Assembly (NCBI RefSeq): GCF_008831285.2
Contig: NC_045138.2
Location: 23,064,001 to 23,128,000, forward strand
DNA length: 64,000 bases
Reading direction: 5' to 3'
DNA from: Nymphaea colorata
Taxonomy: Eukaryota
Shown here: positions 27,402 through 42,400 of the stretch, in pieces
How positions within the stretch are numbered: position 1 is the first letter of the stretch
How the letters are laid out: the number at the start of each line of letters is the position of its first letter
Notes under the pieces: generated by a model
What the model was told of the DNA's origin: nothing
Database searches by the model: none
What the model saw: the letters and a program-made list of their open reading frames with translations, nothing else
Made by a program: the position numbers and the translations under genes

Positions 27402-30400
27402 CTGGATGCATCACAAGCAGTCAGTTGGTTCCAGTTGTTGCTTGAAATTAAAGCTGAATAGAGATGAAATACCACTTACATAGTTCCAAGAAAAAATGCA
27501 AGGGACAGATGATAACCGAATAAAAATACAGAGACAACTGCAGTGAAAAGCATTGCCACTGAAGTAGAGTAAACCTGCAAGACAAACACCAGCCAAGATT
27601 AGCAACCATCCCGTATGACAAACAACAGCCAGTTAATATGGCAAACATCCACAAGAAATAGAATATCAGTGGCAAACAAAAGCCAGTTAGGATGACTCAA
27701 AATGCCAATTTTTTATGCAAAAGCTCCATAACATTGTACCGTTCGTTACCATCTAACATGCTGGAATGAGACGATAAAGGCTGAAATACACAGTATTTTG
27801 TTTAGTTTTATTTTTACAATTTAGGACTAGATTGCATGAAGTATTTAAGTAGTCACTCTACTAATTCCTATTTTTGTACCCTAATAATCATTCCAATTCG
27901 TTACCATCTAACATGCTGGAATGAGATGATAAAGGCTGAAATACACAGCATTTTGTTTAGTTTTATTTTTACAATTTAGGACTAGATTGCATGAAGTATT
28001 TAAGTAGTCACTCTACTAATTCCTATTTTTGTACCCTAATAATCATTCCAATTCGTTACCATCTAACATGCTGGAATGAGATGATAAAGGCTGGAATGCA
28101 CAGCATTTTGTTTAGTTTTATTTTTACAATTTAGACTAGATTGCATGAAGTATTTAAGTAGTCACTCTACTAATTCCTATTTTTGTACCCTAATAATCAT
28201 TCCAAAATGTGATTGATCAGTATTTCATAGTCAGTATTTTATAGTGATTACACATTACTTATCTGTCCAGGCATGCTCTTTAACATACAACCATGAGCTG
28301 TTGTTCAAAATTTCAAACCAAGGGCAAATAGAAATGTATAAAAGCATGAGCAGAGATGTACTAATCTAACACAGCTAGAAGTTGATGACACAATGTATTA
28401 CCTTAACAATGTTATCAGCATATTTCATTACCATGGACACAGCAATTCCACTGTAAACACAATCATTTTTATCAATAGATCAATTAATAGAAAGAAGTAT
28501 TTGTCAAAAGAACTTCAAAAGGTACCTCAATGCATGATTAATAATCATGCAAGTTGTAATAAGAGAATAACCATGGAAGAAGCCCCTGAAATTGCACAAT
28601 TTGTGATTACGTTGATGCAACAAACGGAAATGCACACCAACAAAATGCACGCCAAGGATTTAAGCAAGCCTAAACTTACTTGTTCAAAACAACATCAAAA
28701 CCTTGAATGAATATTGCTGCAACATTGAAAACCATGCCAAAAACATACAGCCAAAAGTTCTGCACATTAATATTTCTTGAAGGACGCTTCTTAATAATGG
28801 CCTGCATAAATCATTGACTAAAATAAACATTGAAGTCTGCAACTGCACGTCCAGTATTCCAGCATAACAAAGAGTTAAAAGTCACTCTGCAGATATCAAC
28901 TATACATAAAATAGAAAGATGAAACCATGAGCAACGAAGGAAAGCAAAGAAGGATGTGACTGAAAAAAAAAAACGCAGGCAGGACAAGATTCACAACCCT
29001 GAAATATTTAGAGACTAAGAAGGGAAAAAAAGAATCACCACGGCCGCAATAAAAATATAATGGGGGCAGATTTGATTGAAACTTGAAAGAAAAATATGCA
29101 GCAGAAAAGAGAATAGACTAATGTTATGTAGTCAAAGTATTCTCAGGCAGAATAGAAACAGAAAGCACAACCAGAAAAAAGGCAGGTTTGAAAGACTTGG
29201 AGGTGGATCATATTCAAAAACTGGGACAAAAATTTAGATGAGAATACGTGCTGAGAAAAACAATGGCAGATTAGAAAAGGAAGAAGGAACCAAAGGATTC
29301 CCGACCTGTGGCATATGAGATTTCCCACATTACACCGTCGGCTGTAACCTGCCGTTGATCTATGTCTCTAATATCATGTCAGATTTTAATGTCTAAATTT
29401 TCTTAACATGAGAAAGAAAAGAAGACAATAGAGAAAGGGGTTCGTTCCTTCAGCAATATGTTGGTAGAGTTCTTAATCTTAGGCATGTCCCCAGTTCTTT
29501 TTATCATTAAATATATACTTTTTGGCACTCACTCAAGAGCACATAACAAAAATATAAAACACAAAACTGCCACACTATACACACACAGGGTTAAATACAA
29601 CATTTGCATCTGATCCAAATCCAAACTGTAAATAAACAACTCGTCTTTTCAATTTCACTATTCATTGGCAAATTGACAGATCCTATTTATGAGTAGCTAG
29701 ATATGAAAGTAAGATGCAGATTGACACTTTGGCCGAGACTATTTGACTAAATCAGCCTCTAATGCATTCCAATTATCAACTCACTCAGAAGTTAGGAACA
29801 CAACCTACGAATTAGAACAATGGTGTAAAAATTTCTTTGAAGACAACAAGCTCTAGGGCGAAGCTAGGATACTTTTCTTGCAGGGGCCGATCATGACAAA
29901 CAACATGAGTAAATAAACTATTGGAAAAATTTTCAGAGGGACCAACTGCATTTTTCAAAATATTTACAGGGGCCAAATTAGAATTTTCTGCACATATTAA
30001 GAGGAAAAATTTTATTTTTCAAAATCTTAGGAGCCATGGCCACACCTCAAAGCCTGTCAGGCACTTCTATAAAATGATCATGGAAGTATACAGCTGACTT
30101 AAAAACATGGAGGAGCCAAAATCAGTCTAACATGGCCTTCCTGGCCTGGATGGCTGAAACCAGGGCATCTCTATTGGCAATCCTATGCCAAGCACTCTAG
30201 TGGATGAGGCATCCAGCTCTAAACCATAGTTCACAAATATTATTCTCTGGTTTTTACATGTGGGGACTTCATTGGGTTCATTTCAGCAAACTGCAAAGTT
30301 ATGTCTCTCAAAAAAATTCTTAGGCTGGAAAATTTCAAAAATATGAAAAAAAATGAAACATACGAATTTTTTATTGGTTACAAGAATAAAATAAAAATTT

Positions 30401-33400
30401 AATATACCTATTAAATTTTTAAAATAAACATTAAAATGGAAACTGTTGACCTGTTTTCTTATTTGGGTCTAAGTCTGGGTCTGAGTCTAAACCTGATCCG
30501 TACTGTTGTTCATGTTGGGCTCTATTTAAGCCCTTGTAACCCTAATTTCAAATGTATGAATGAGAATTAAGTGAGAGAGAGACCAGATGCTAGTGAGCAC
30601 TGGGATCCTCCTCTAATCGTGCTTTTTTCCTTGTGTTGAGGTTTTTTCCACGTTACGATTGCGTTCATTGTGATTTCCTTATTCAACATGGTAAGAGCCG
30701 AATTTCTGAAGAAAAGAAAAACGGTCGGTGTGAAGTTCCCGTAGAGCCCTGCCGTGAAGTTCTGGTTCCTCTGCTAACGCCCGATGTTGTCGTTTTTGTT
30801 TTTGTATTGATGTCGTCCACCGTTGAAGGTGTTCACTATCTGCTGGGACTCTTCTGCCCGAGCGGTCTGTCTACTGTCGCCTGACTGTCTGTCGTCTTCT
30901 CTCGAGCCGCCATCTTCTGTACAGCTGTTGCCACCAACACCACGGCAATTGCCGCTCGAGCTATCTCTCGCCTGAGCAGTAGACAACGCCACGGCAGGTG
31001 CAGCGTATCTCAGCGTCACTGTGGAAGCCTTCACCTGCCTACCGTGGAAGCCTTCACCTGCCTGCCGTGGAAGCCTTCGTCGTCTACCCTGGTATCTTGC
31101 CTGCTCGTCGCTTCCTCCTTTGCTGTGTCACCTGCTCGTCGCCTGCCCATCACTTAGCGTCCCCTGCTCGACGAAGTCTGCTGCGTCGCCTGACCAGCCG
31201 TGCCTCTCCCTGGAGTCTACTGCAGTCGCCCGACTTGTGTGGAGTGTCGTTGCTGCCTCTGCCTCTGTTGGGCAGCAGCTGTAGCTGCCTGTTGCTGTTT
31301 TTCTTCTTTGTTTCTGCTAGACGCTAGGCACCTCTGTTCAATGCCCTGCTGCTGCTGCTCTTGCACCGCTATTCCCTGTTGTGACCTAAAATCTGTTGCG
31401 CCACCTGGACTGTTGCATTGTCTGAATCTGCCGCTGTCGTGCAAACACTGTCATCTCTGTGTCTGCCGGCAGCATCTTCTATGCAGCCTCCTGCTCAAGT
31501 TTTTTTTGCATCTCTTCTACAACCCCTCAAGGTCGCATGTGCATCACCAAGCGTGCACGCCTGTCTCCTTTTCTATCGTGTGCCACCTGCACAGCTGCCA
31601 TTGCTGCTACATTGTTGAGCCTTGGTTATGGAGGAATCAACCTGTTCTGCTGTCAGGCTGATGTTGGGGCCTCTAGAACAGAAAATATCCTCGTTCAAGT
31701 CACCACTATTCGCCTCACCAAGGATAATTACCTTCAATGGTCCGTTACCATGGGGATTGCTGGTGGGAGGTAAATTGCTTATGCCAATGGGAGGAAGATT
31801 GAACCACCTGAGACAAGTCCAGCATGAGATACATGGTTTCTTGAGGACAACCAAGTCAAAACTTGGATTGTCAATTTTGTGTCTCCCGATATTCAACCTC
31901 TCATTCTTCGTAAGAGGACTGCGAGAGATATGTGGGTTATTTTAGAATAGATGTATGGCCAGAAGAAGAATATTTTTGAGTGTATCAGCTGATAAAGGAT
32001 GTCTATGCCCTATGGCAAAGAGAACTTTTTGCGGCAAACTTTTATGCGGCATTGAAATCAAAATGGGAGGAACTTGACTACTACTCTGATGATACTTGGA
32101 ATTGTCTCCAAGACCAGCTGCGTCATTTGGCCAATGAATGAAAGAACATGATGTTTTTGTTCTTAGCAGGACTAAATGATGACTTCAAAGGTATAAGGAC
32201 TCAAATTCTTAATTCAGAAGAGACGTTTAGCATTGAGGATGTTTATTCTCGCATTGAAGCTGAAGAGCAAAGACGTCTTGTTATAACAGGGAGAAAGGGG
32301 GTTCATACCTCTTATAGTGAAAGGTCTCCTCTTGTTAGCCCTACTCCTATGGGGGCTACCCGACCTTCTCAAAAATATACTCATTGCAAGAAAACTGGTC
32401 ACACAATTGAATTTTGTTGGGATTTGCATCCTGAAAAGAAGAATAGTCGCGGGACGTCATCTAGTGGGAAGAATACTTCTGATGTTACTAACCCTAATGG
32501 AAGAAAAACATTAATCTCTGCTGAACAGTTTCGTGAGCTTCGTGCATACCTTAGCCACATTGAAACCAATCAGACTGAGGCATCAGATGATGTGAGAATT
32601 AATCGCGCCGTTACTATCTCTGGAGAAAAAGGTAATTCTTGTATTGAAGAGTGGATTGTTGACAGTGGTGCCACCCACTACATGACCGACAATCCTAAGT
32701 TTTTTCATGCGTATAAGCTTTCGTCAGGGAAGGAACAAGTTTCTCTTATCGATGGTTCGTCTATCTCTGTGGCTGAGAAAGGAAGTCTCTCACTTTTAAA
32801 CAAGTTCTTAGTTCACAATGCTCTACATGTTTCTCACCTTCCCTTGAACCTCTTGTCAGTTAGCAAGATTACGAAAGAGTTGAATTGCGAACTTATCTTT
32901 TCTACTAATCGTTGTGCTTTATAGGACTTGGTGATAGGGAAGAGGATTGAGATTGGTTTGGTTTCTGAAGGACTATATCATTTACCCGTGCGTGTTGCCA
33001 CAGCTCTCATGTCGGCAGCTAGAAAACCAGAGAAGAGTAGAGAAGACTTCCTTCAGTTGATTTTGCGCTGGCATGAGCGCGCCTTGGGCACCTTCCTTTT
33101 AGAATCCTTAGGCAGTTGTTTCCTGATTTATGTTCTAGTCTGGATATGACTATGGTGTTTTGTGATGTATGTCATTTAGCTAAACATGTTAGGGCTTCAT
33201 ACCCAGATTCTACCAATCGTTCTAATGAAGTTTTTGCCTTGATCCATTTTGATGTGTGAGGACCTTCGGGAATTCCTTCTTATCATGGTTTTCAGTACTT
33301 TATAACTTTCATAGATGATTGCTCTTGTAACACCTTTGTATATTTGCTGAAAGACCGTAGTGAAGTGCCTAATGTCATAGAGACTTTCATTGTTCTTGTG

Positions 33401-36400
33401 GAAACTCAATTTGGAACCTTTGTTAAGACCTTTTGGTTTGACAATGCTCGTGAGTATGTGTGTCATTCTGTTGATAGCTTCTTTCGAAAAAGGGAGATTG
33501 TTCATGAAACATCATGTAGTTATACTCCACCTCAAAATGGGGTTGTTGAACAAAAGAATCACCAGTTATTGAATGTGACTCGAGCTTTTCTTTTCAACAT
33601 CATGTCCCAAAGAAGTATTGGGGGGATGTTGTGTTGACCAGTGCGTATCTAATTAACTGTATGCCTAGTCGTGTGTTGAATGGGCAGACGCCTCACTCTA
33701 TGTTACCAGGAAGTCGTCAACCTTTTTCCCTTTCACTTAGAGTTTTTGGCTGTGTTTGTTTTATTCACCATCACAGTCCTAATATTAAAAAGTTTGATCC
33801 AAAGTCGATTAAGAGAATGTTTCTAGGTTATTCCTCCATTCAGAAAGGATATAAGTGTCTAGACCCTTCCACTGGTCGTGTCTATGTTACTAAAGATGTC
33901 ACATTCCTGGAACACACTTCCTATTTTGGTGAGAATTCTCTTCAAGGGGAGAGGTCTACAACAAGAGAAGAGTATTCTCCAAATCAAGAGATTCAGTTTA
34001 CAGATTTCTAGAGTACAAAAAGGAAGAGATTCAGGTTACAGACCCGCTAGAACACAATACAGATGATGGTTGCTCAACTGGGAATCAGGAGGAACATAGC
34101 CGCCTGTTTGGGCAGGTTTACTCTAGGCGAAGATTGCTTGTAGTAGAGCCCACTGGTGAGATGACTGGTGACAAAAATCCTACTCCCAATCCTAATGCTA
34201 CTCCTTCCCTAGATGACCCAAGTCACTCAGGAGATGTTGGTTGAAGTACTCAGATAAAGGCCGAAAATGAAGAATTACCCATTGCTCTTAGAAAGGGTAT
34301 CAAGTCATGTACTCAACACCCTTTTGGTAATTTCATATCATTCCAAGTGGGTTCATGTGATGCCAGAAGAGATGGTAGCACTGAACAAAAACAAAACGTG
34401 GGAGGTGGTTAATATCCCCCAAAGCGGCTCATCTGGTATGATCAAAGCGAGTTTACACCATTAAATATAAGTCAGATGGGAGTGTAGACAGATATAAAAC
34501 TTGTCTAGTAGCCAATGAGTTCAGTCAGGAATATGGAATTGACTACTTGGAAACGTTTGCTCCAGTTGTGAAAATGAAAACAGAATTAGTATCTCCTTAG
34601 CGGTGATAAGGGAGTGGAAGATGTACCAACTTGATGTTAAGAACGCAATTCTCAATGGAGACATTGGAGAGGAAGTATATATGTGTATGCCTCCAGGATA
34701 TGAGGAACCTAGAAAATGCTGCAAGCTGCGAAAAGCTTGGTATGTGCTTAAGCAATCTCCTCGGGCATGGTTTGAACGACTTAGACTTATAATAAGACAA
34801 TATAGGTATCATCAAGGGAATGAAGATCATACACTCTTTGTAAAGTGAAAGGAACATAAAGTTACTCTTTTGTTGGTATATGTTGATGATATGATTGTCA
34901 CAGGTGACAATGAAGATGAAATAGCAAAGTTAAAGGAACTGTTGGCCATCGAGTTCGATATCAAGCTCGTCTTGTGGCCAAGGGGTTCAGTCAAAAATAT
35001 GGGATTGATTATTTAGAGACTTTTGCTCCAGTTGCGAAAATGAAGACAGTTAGAGTTGTTATGTCTCTAACTGCGATGAAGGAGTGGAGGATGTACCAAC
35101 TCGATGTTAAGAACGCTTTCCTCAATAGTGATCTCGAAGAAGAAGTGTATATGCATATGCCCCCAGGATATGAAGAACCAGAGAAATGTTGTAAGCTGAA
35201 AAAGGCATTATTTGGCCTCAAGCAGTCGCCTAGAGCATGGTTCAAACGACTTAGACAAGTGATGCAACATCATGGGTACAATCAAGGGAATGAAGACCAC
35301 ACTCTATTTGTGAAGAAAAAAGAGGGCAGGGTCACTCTTTTACTTGTCTATGTGGATGACATGATTGTCACGGGAGATGATGAGGAGGAGATCTTCAAGT
35401 TAAAAGTGTTACTGGCTACTGAATTTGATCTCAAAGATCTTGGCAAACTGAAGTATTTTCTTGGTATTGAGATTGCTAGATCTAGTACTGGCCTTGTGCT
35501 AAACCAAAGGAAATATACATTAGATTTGTTGGAGGAGACTGGTAAACTAGGGTGTAGACCCGCTTCTACCCCACTTGATACTGGACACAAGTTAAGCCTT
35601 AGAGATGAAGAGCTGCTCTGTGAAGAAGCTAAGGGAAGATATCAACGTCTGGTTGGAAAGTTGATTTATCTTACCCTTACGAGACCAGGTATCACTTTTA
35701 CGGTGAATTTACTGAGTCAATTCATGCATGCACCTACTGATACACACCTGAAGGCTGTAGACAGAATATTGTGCTATTTGAAGAGAAATCCTGGCAAGAG
35801 ACTCTTGTATGTGAAACAAGAGACTGTAGAGATTGAGGGGTACTCCGATGCAGACTGGGCAGGTTGTGCTGATACTAGACGGTCTACCACAAGGTATTGT
35901 GTCTACTTGGGAGGAAATCTTGTTGTCTGGAGGAGCAAGAGACAGGATGTGTGTTCTCGATCTAGTGCAGAGGCAGAATACAGAGCTACTGTTATGGGAG
36001 TGTCAGACTTACTATGACTGAAAATATTGCTGACTGATATCGAAATAGAGGTTGAAGGACCAATGAAGATGTACTGTGACAACAAGTCTGCAATCAACTT
36101 AGCCAACAACCCTGTAGTACACGACATAACAAAGCATGTTGAGATTTATCGTCACTTCATTCGTGAAAGGATTGATGCTAAAGAGTTAATCTTACCTTAC
36201 ATGAAGTCTGAAGACCAAACCGCTGATGTTCTGACGAAAGCTCTATCTTCAACTTCATTTGAGAGAAATGTATCTAAGTTGAGCATGTTTGATATGTATG
36301 CCCAACTTAAGGGGGAGTGTTGAAGCATGTTAGATGGGTCTCGGGACCGGGTCTGGATCCTTACCCGATCCATCGTGTAGCTCTTGTTGGGCCTTCCTTA

Positions 36401-39400
36401 ATGATTGTAACCCTAATCTTGAGTGAGTTAATGAAATCTTACGAGAGAGAGTCTGGTTGCTAGTTGGCACCAATTCCTCCTTGTCCGTGGTTTTTTTCCT
36501 CTTGCTGAGGGTTTTTTCACGTTACATCATGTTCATCGTATTCTTTTGTTCTTGATCTTCGTGTTTCTACAATGTTCATTCTTCTTCTTGCAAGGAAACT
36601 CCAGTGATTACATGACAATTATAATGTTGTACCAAACACTATTAGAAATTTAGAACTAGTGCTTGCAATTGCCATAAAAAGGGATTGTCCTGAGAGATTC
36701 AATTGATGTTGTTCCCGAAGTCAAAAATTCAAAAGTTTTAGATCTATCTTTAATCTCAAATATTTGCTTCTAGTCCACCTCTTCCACCAATCTTCTTCTT
36801 AGTTATCATAAAAACACAACTATAGTTTCCCTTCAAAGATCCCTCCTTCCTATTACTAATTTGTAGCACAAATCCTAGCCTTTCCATTATTGACTGTCAG
36901 CTGGAAAAAAATGTGTTACACCATTGTCTATACATTTTACCATTGGGTTTTTGTTTCTGCCTATCAGGAGACTTTTTCAAGGGCGTCCTGCTTCCAGTCT
37001 GTTCCTATGTGTTGCTATTCAAATTGCTTCTTCACGATTCCTAGTTCAACAAAATCACTGCAGCTTTTCTATCCTGCAACCATCTTCATTTGCCTAAAGG
37101 CATCGTAAGCTTCTTATGTTTAAGTTTTTGCAAGGAGAACTATATTAGGCTTACCAACAGAAAGTTTGTGCCTTATTGAAAGTCTTTTCACTAAGGTTTG
37201 TCTGATGTTTATTTTTTCCTTGTTAAATTCTTGGTGGTGGTTGTAGAAATAATAGACGCACAAGAATGGAAGATCGAACACAAATGTAACGTGGAAAACC
37301 CTCAACTAGAGGGAAAAAACCACGGGTGATGAGGTCTGGTGCCCACTAGGCGCCAGACTCTCTTTCTCTTTGATACTTCATTAACCTTTAAGATTATGGT
37401 TTACAATGCTATAAGTATGCCCAAACTAGGACACACTGGATCGGGTCCAGACCCAGACCCATACATCAAGATCCGTCAGCACTCCCCCTCAAGTTGGGCA
37501 TACATATCAAACATGCCCAACTTGGATACATTTCTCTCAAACGGAGTTACATGTAAAGCTTTAGTTAGAATATTAGCAGTTTGGTCTTCAAACTTCATGT
37601 ATGGTAATGTTAACTCCCTGGCATCAATTCTTTCTCTGATGAAGTGACAGTCAATCTCAACATGCTTTGTTCAATCATGAAGCACTGGATTGTTAGCCAA
37701 GTTAATCGCAGACTTGTTATCACAATACATCCTCATAAGCCCTTCAATCTCTATCCCAATATCAGTCTGCAAGATCTTTAGCCACAACAACTCTGATACT
37801 CCAATAGCAACTGCCCTATATTCAGCCTCTGCACTTGAGCGGGAACAAACATCTTGTCTCTTGCTTCTCCAAACAACTAGACTTCCTTCCAAGTAAATGC
37901 AGTACCCTGAAGTAGATCTTCTGGTGTCAACACAGCATGCCCAGTCTGCATCAGAATACCCTTCAATTTCTATAAACCTTTGTTTCACATATAGAAGTCC
38001 CTTGCCAGGATTCTTCTTCAAGTAACACAGGATTCTATCTACAGCCTTCAAGTGCGTATCCGTAGGTGCATGCATAAACTGGCTCATTACATTTACAGCA
38101 AAGGTGATATCTGGTCTAGTCAGAGTGAGGTATATCAATCTACCAACTAGACGTTGATATCTCCCTTCAACTTCTTCACACAAAAGTTCTCCATCCTTGC
38201 TACTGAGTTTGTGCCCAGCATCCAGAGGAGTAGAAGCTGGTCTGCATCCCAGTTTTCCTGTCTCCTTCAGTAAATCCAAGATATACTTCCTTTGATTAAG
38301 CATAAGAGTTGTACCTAATCTGACAATTTCAATACCAAGGAAGTACTTCAGCTTGCCAAGGTCCTTGAGATCAAATTCAGCCGATAGTAAACCCTTTAAT
38401 CTTGCTATTTCTTCTTCATCATCACCTGTAATAATCATATCATCAACATAAACCAATAGTAGGATAACTTAACCCTCTATCCTCTTTACAAACAGGATAT
38501 GATCTCCATTTCCTTGTTTGTAGTCATGCTTCTTCATAACAAGTCTGAGACGTTCAAACCATGCTCGGAGAGACTGTTTGAGCCCATACAAAGCCTTCTT
38601 CAGTTTACAGCATTTTCCAAGTCTCTCAAAACCCGGGGGCATACACATATATACTTCCTCTTCGAGATCTCCGTTGAGAAATGCATTTTTAACATCGAGT
38701 TGGCACATCTCCCAACCCTTCAGCACTGCCAAAGAGATAATAACTCTAACAGTCTTCATCTTCGCAACTGGGGCAAACGTCTCTAAGTAGTCGATCTCAT
38801 ATTTCTGACTGAACACATTGGCTACCAGACATGCTTTGTACCTCTCAATGTTCCCATCTGGTTTGTACTTAATGGTGTATACCCACTTTGACCCAACCAA
38901 ATGAGCTGCTTTAGGAATCTCTACCACCTCCCATGTTTGATTTCTGTCTACGGCCTCTATCTCTTCTTGCATAGCATGAGTCCACTTGGGGTCACTCTGA
39001 GCCTCTGTAACATTCCTGGGAATCACAGCCACAAACAAGGAGGATACAAAACATTTGTAGTCAGTGCTCAATCTAGAGTAAGATACAAAGTTACCAATAG
39101 GGTGTTGGGTACATGACCTAACACCCTTTCTCAGGGCAATGGGGAGATCCTCCTTTTCATTTTCTGTTTGCCTTTCTCTCTCAACAGGTTGCTTCTGAGC
39201 ATAACTTGGGTCATCCAAGGAAGAAGTAGGATTGGGATTCGGAGTGGACTTCTCACCATCAATCACCTTGTCAGTACAAGCTCTTCTCCTAGAATACACC
39301 TGCCCAAACAGACGATTGTCTTCTTTTTCTATCTCCATAGGACACTCTCCCTCATTTCCCTGTTCATGTACCTCAATAGAGGTCCAATCTTCTTCTTTTC

Positions 39401-42400
39401 CAAGCACCTCGACAGATATGCTTGTAATACAGAAAATCTGTAAACTGAATTTCCTGACTTGGAGAATGCTCTTCCTTAGACATTGACTTCTCCCCCTGAA
39501 GAGAACTCTCACCAAAATAAGAGACATGTTCCAAGAACGTGACATCCTTGGTAATGTGCACTCGACCAGTGGTGGGATCTAGACATTTATACCCCTTTTG
39601 AATAGGAGAATACCCAAGAAATATTCCCTTAATTGATTTGGGGTCAAGTTTTTTCACATTCGGGTTGTGATTATGAATGAAACACACACATCCAAAGACC
39701 CGATGAGGGATGTGAAAAGGTTGGCTACTCTCTAGAAGCATGGAGTAGGGTGTACGACCATTTAACACTCGACTAGGCATGCGATTAATCAAATAGGCAC
39801 TAGTAATGACCGCATCTCCCCAATAATATTTTGGAAGATTCCTTTGGAACAATAAAGCTCAGGTGACATTTAGTAACTGGCGGTTTTTTCTCTCAGCAAC
39901 TCCATTTTGAGGAGGTGTATAACTACATGATGTCTCATGAACAATCCCCCTCTTTCGAAGGAATTCCTCAACAGTGAGACACATATACTCACGAGCATTA
40001 TCAGACCGGAATGTCTTGACAGACTCACCATACTGGTTTTCCACTAGGAGAATGAAGGTTTCTATAATATGAGGTACTTCGCTACGGTCTTTCAACAGAT
40101 AAACAAAAGTACACCTTGAATAGTCATCTATGAAAGTCATAAAGTACTGAAAATCACCACGAGAAAGAATGCCTGAAGGTCCACACACATCAGAATGAAT
40201 CAAAGAGAAAGCTTTATTAGCACAAGTATTTGAAATAGGATACGAAGCTCTAACATGCTTTGCAAACTGACACACATCACAAGATAACATGGAAATGTTC
40301 AAACTGGAACACAATTCAGGGAACAATTGTTTCAAAATCTCAAAAGGGAGATGACCAAGGCGTTCATGCCAATACAAAAATAACTGATGACACTCTTCCT
40401 TCTTCTTCTCTGTCCTGTTGACTACTGACATAAGGGTTGTGGCAACGCGTATAGGAAGCCGATACAAACTGTAGAAATACGAACAAGAAGAAGACGAAGA
40501 GAAACAATGTGTAGAAATACGAACAAGAAGAAGACGAAGAGAAACAATGATCACGATGTAACGTGTAAAACCCTCAACACGAGGGAGAAAAAACTACGAA
40601 TGAGGAGGAGTTGGTGCCCACTAGCAGCCAGACTCTCTCTCTCTTAAGATTATCATTAACTCTTAAGGATTAGGGTTACATGACTTAAGTAGAGCCCAAA
40701 ACGGGCTACAAGGCGGGTCGGGTATGGATCCGGACCCGAAACACACAATCTATCAACACTCCCCCTCAAGTTGGGCATACATATCAAACATGCCCAACTT
40801 GGATACATTCCTCTCAAATGAAGCTGAAGGAAGAGCTTTCGTCAGAACATCAACAGTTTAGTCTTCAGACTTCATGTAAGGTAAGATCAACTCTTTCGCA
40901 TCAATTCTTTCCCGAATGAAGTGACGATCAATTTCAACATGTTTTGTTCTGTCGTGAAGAACATGATTGTTGGCTAAGTTGATTGTAGACTTGTTATCAC
41001 AATACATCTTCATAGGTCCTTCAATCTCTATTCCAATGTCAGTCAACAATATCTTCAACCATAATAACTCTGACACTCCCATAGCAACTGCCCTATATTC
41101 TGCCTCTGCACTGGATCTAGAGCAAACATCCTGTCTCTTGCTCCTCCATACAACAAGGTTTCCTCCCAAGTAGACACAGTACCCTGTAGTGGATCGTCTG
41201 GTATCACCACAACTTGCCCAATCCGCATCAGAATAGCCCTCGATTTCCACAGTCTCTTGTTTCACATACAGGAGTCCCTTGCCAGGATTTTTCTTCAGGT
41301 AGCATAGCACTCTGTCCACAGCTTTCAGATGTGCATCGGTTGGCGCATGCATGAATTGGCTCAAAACATTCACCGCAAAGGTGATATCAGGTCTTGTGAG
41401 GGTAAGATAAATTAGCTTCCCAACCAAACGTTGATATCTTCCCTTGTCTTCTTCACAGAGAGGCTCTCCATCTCTAAGACTCAACTTGTGCCCAGTGTCA
41501 AAAGGGGTAGGAGTAGGTCTACATCCCAATTTACCAGTTTCTTCTAGCAGATCTAATGTATATTTCCTTTGGTTTAGTACAAGACCAGTACTAGACCTAG
41601 CAACCTCCATACCAAGAAAATACCTTAGCTTGCCAAGATCTTTGAGGTCGAATTCTGTAGCCAGTAACCCTTTTAGCTTGATAATCTCCACCTCATCATC
41701 TCCAGTAACAATCATGTCATCTACGTAGACGAGCAGGAGAGTAACCCTGCTCTCCTTCTTCTTCACAAACAGTGTGTGATCTCCATTTCCTTGTTTGTAT
41801 CCATGATGTATCATCACTCTTCTCAGTCGTTCAAACCACGCTCTGGGCGATTGCTTAAGGCCATACAAGGCCTTTTTCAGCTTACAACACTTTTCTGGTT
41901 CTTCATATCCTGGAGGCATATGCATATATACTTCTTTTTCGAGGTCACCATTGAGGAATGCATTCTTAACATCCAGTTGATACATCTTCCACTCCTTCAT
42001 CACAGCTAGGGATATAACCACCCTCACAGTCTTCATTTTCGCAACAGGAGCAAAGGTTTCCAAGTAATCAATTCCATATTTCTGGCTAAACCCCTTGGCC
42101 ACAAGTCGAGCTTTATATCTTTCAACACTCCCATCTAGTTTGTACTTGATGGTATACACCCATTTGGATCCAACTAGGTGAGCGGCTTCAGGAATCTTCA
42201 CCACTTCCCATGTCAAGTTTCTTCTTAGGGCATCTATTTCTTCTTTCATTGCATCAGCCTACTTGGAGTCACTTTGAGCTTCAGCGACAGTCCTGGGAAT
42301 CACAGCCAAAGAAAGAGTAGAAACAAATCACTTGTAATCTTTCACAAGTCTGGAATAAGAAACAAAATTACCAATGGGGTGTTGAGTACATGACCTGACA

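Noticed and set aside
36572..37241. Candidate location of the missing transporter exons
   Set aside because: No matching peptide seen in the minus-strand frames by eye; looks like decayed repeat or intron
40470..40549. Direct repeats that could be mistaken for a CRISPR array (also 27742-28205)
   Set aside because: Head-to-tail with no unique spacers, eukaryotic context, no cas genes
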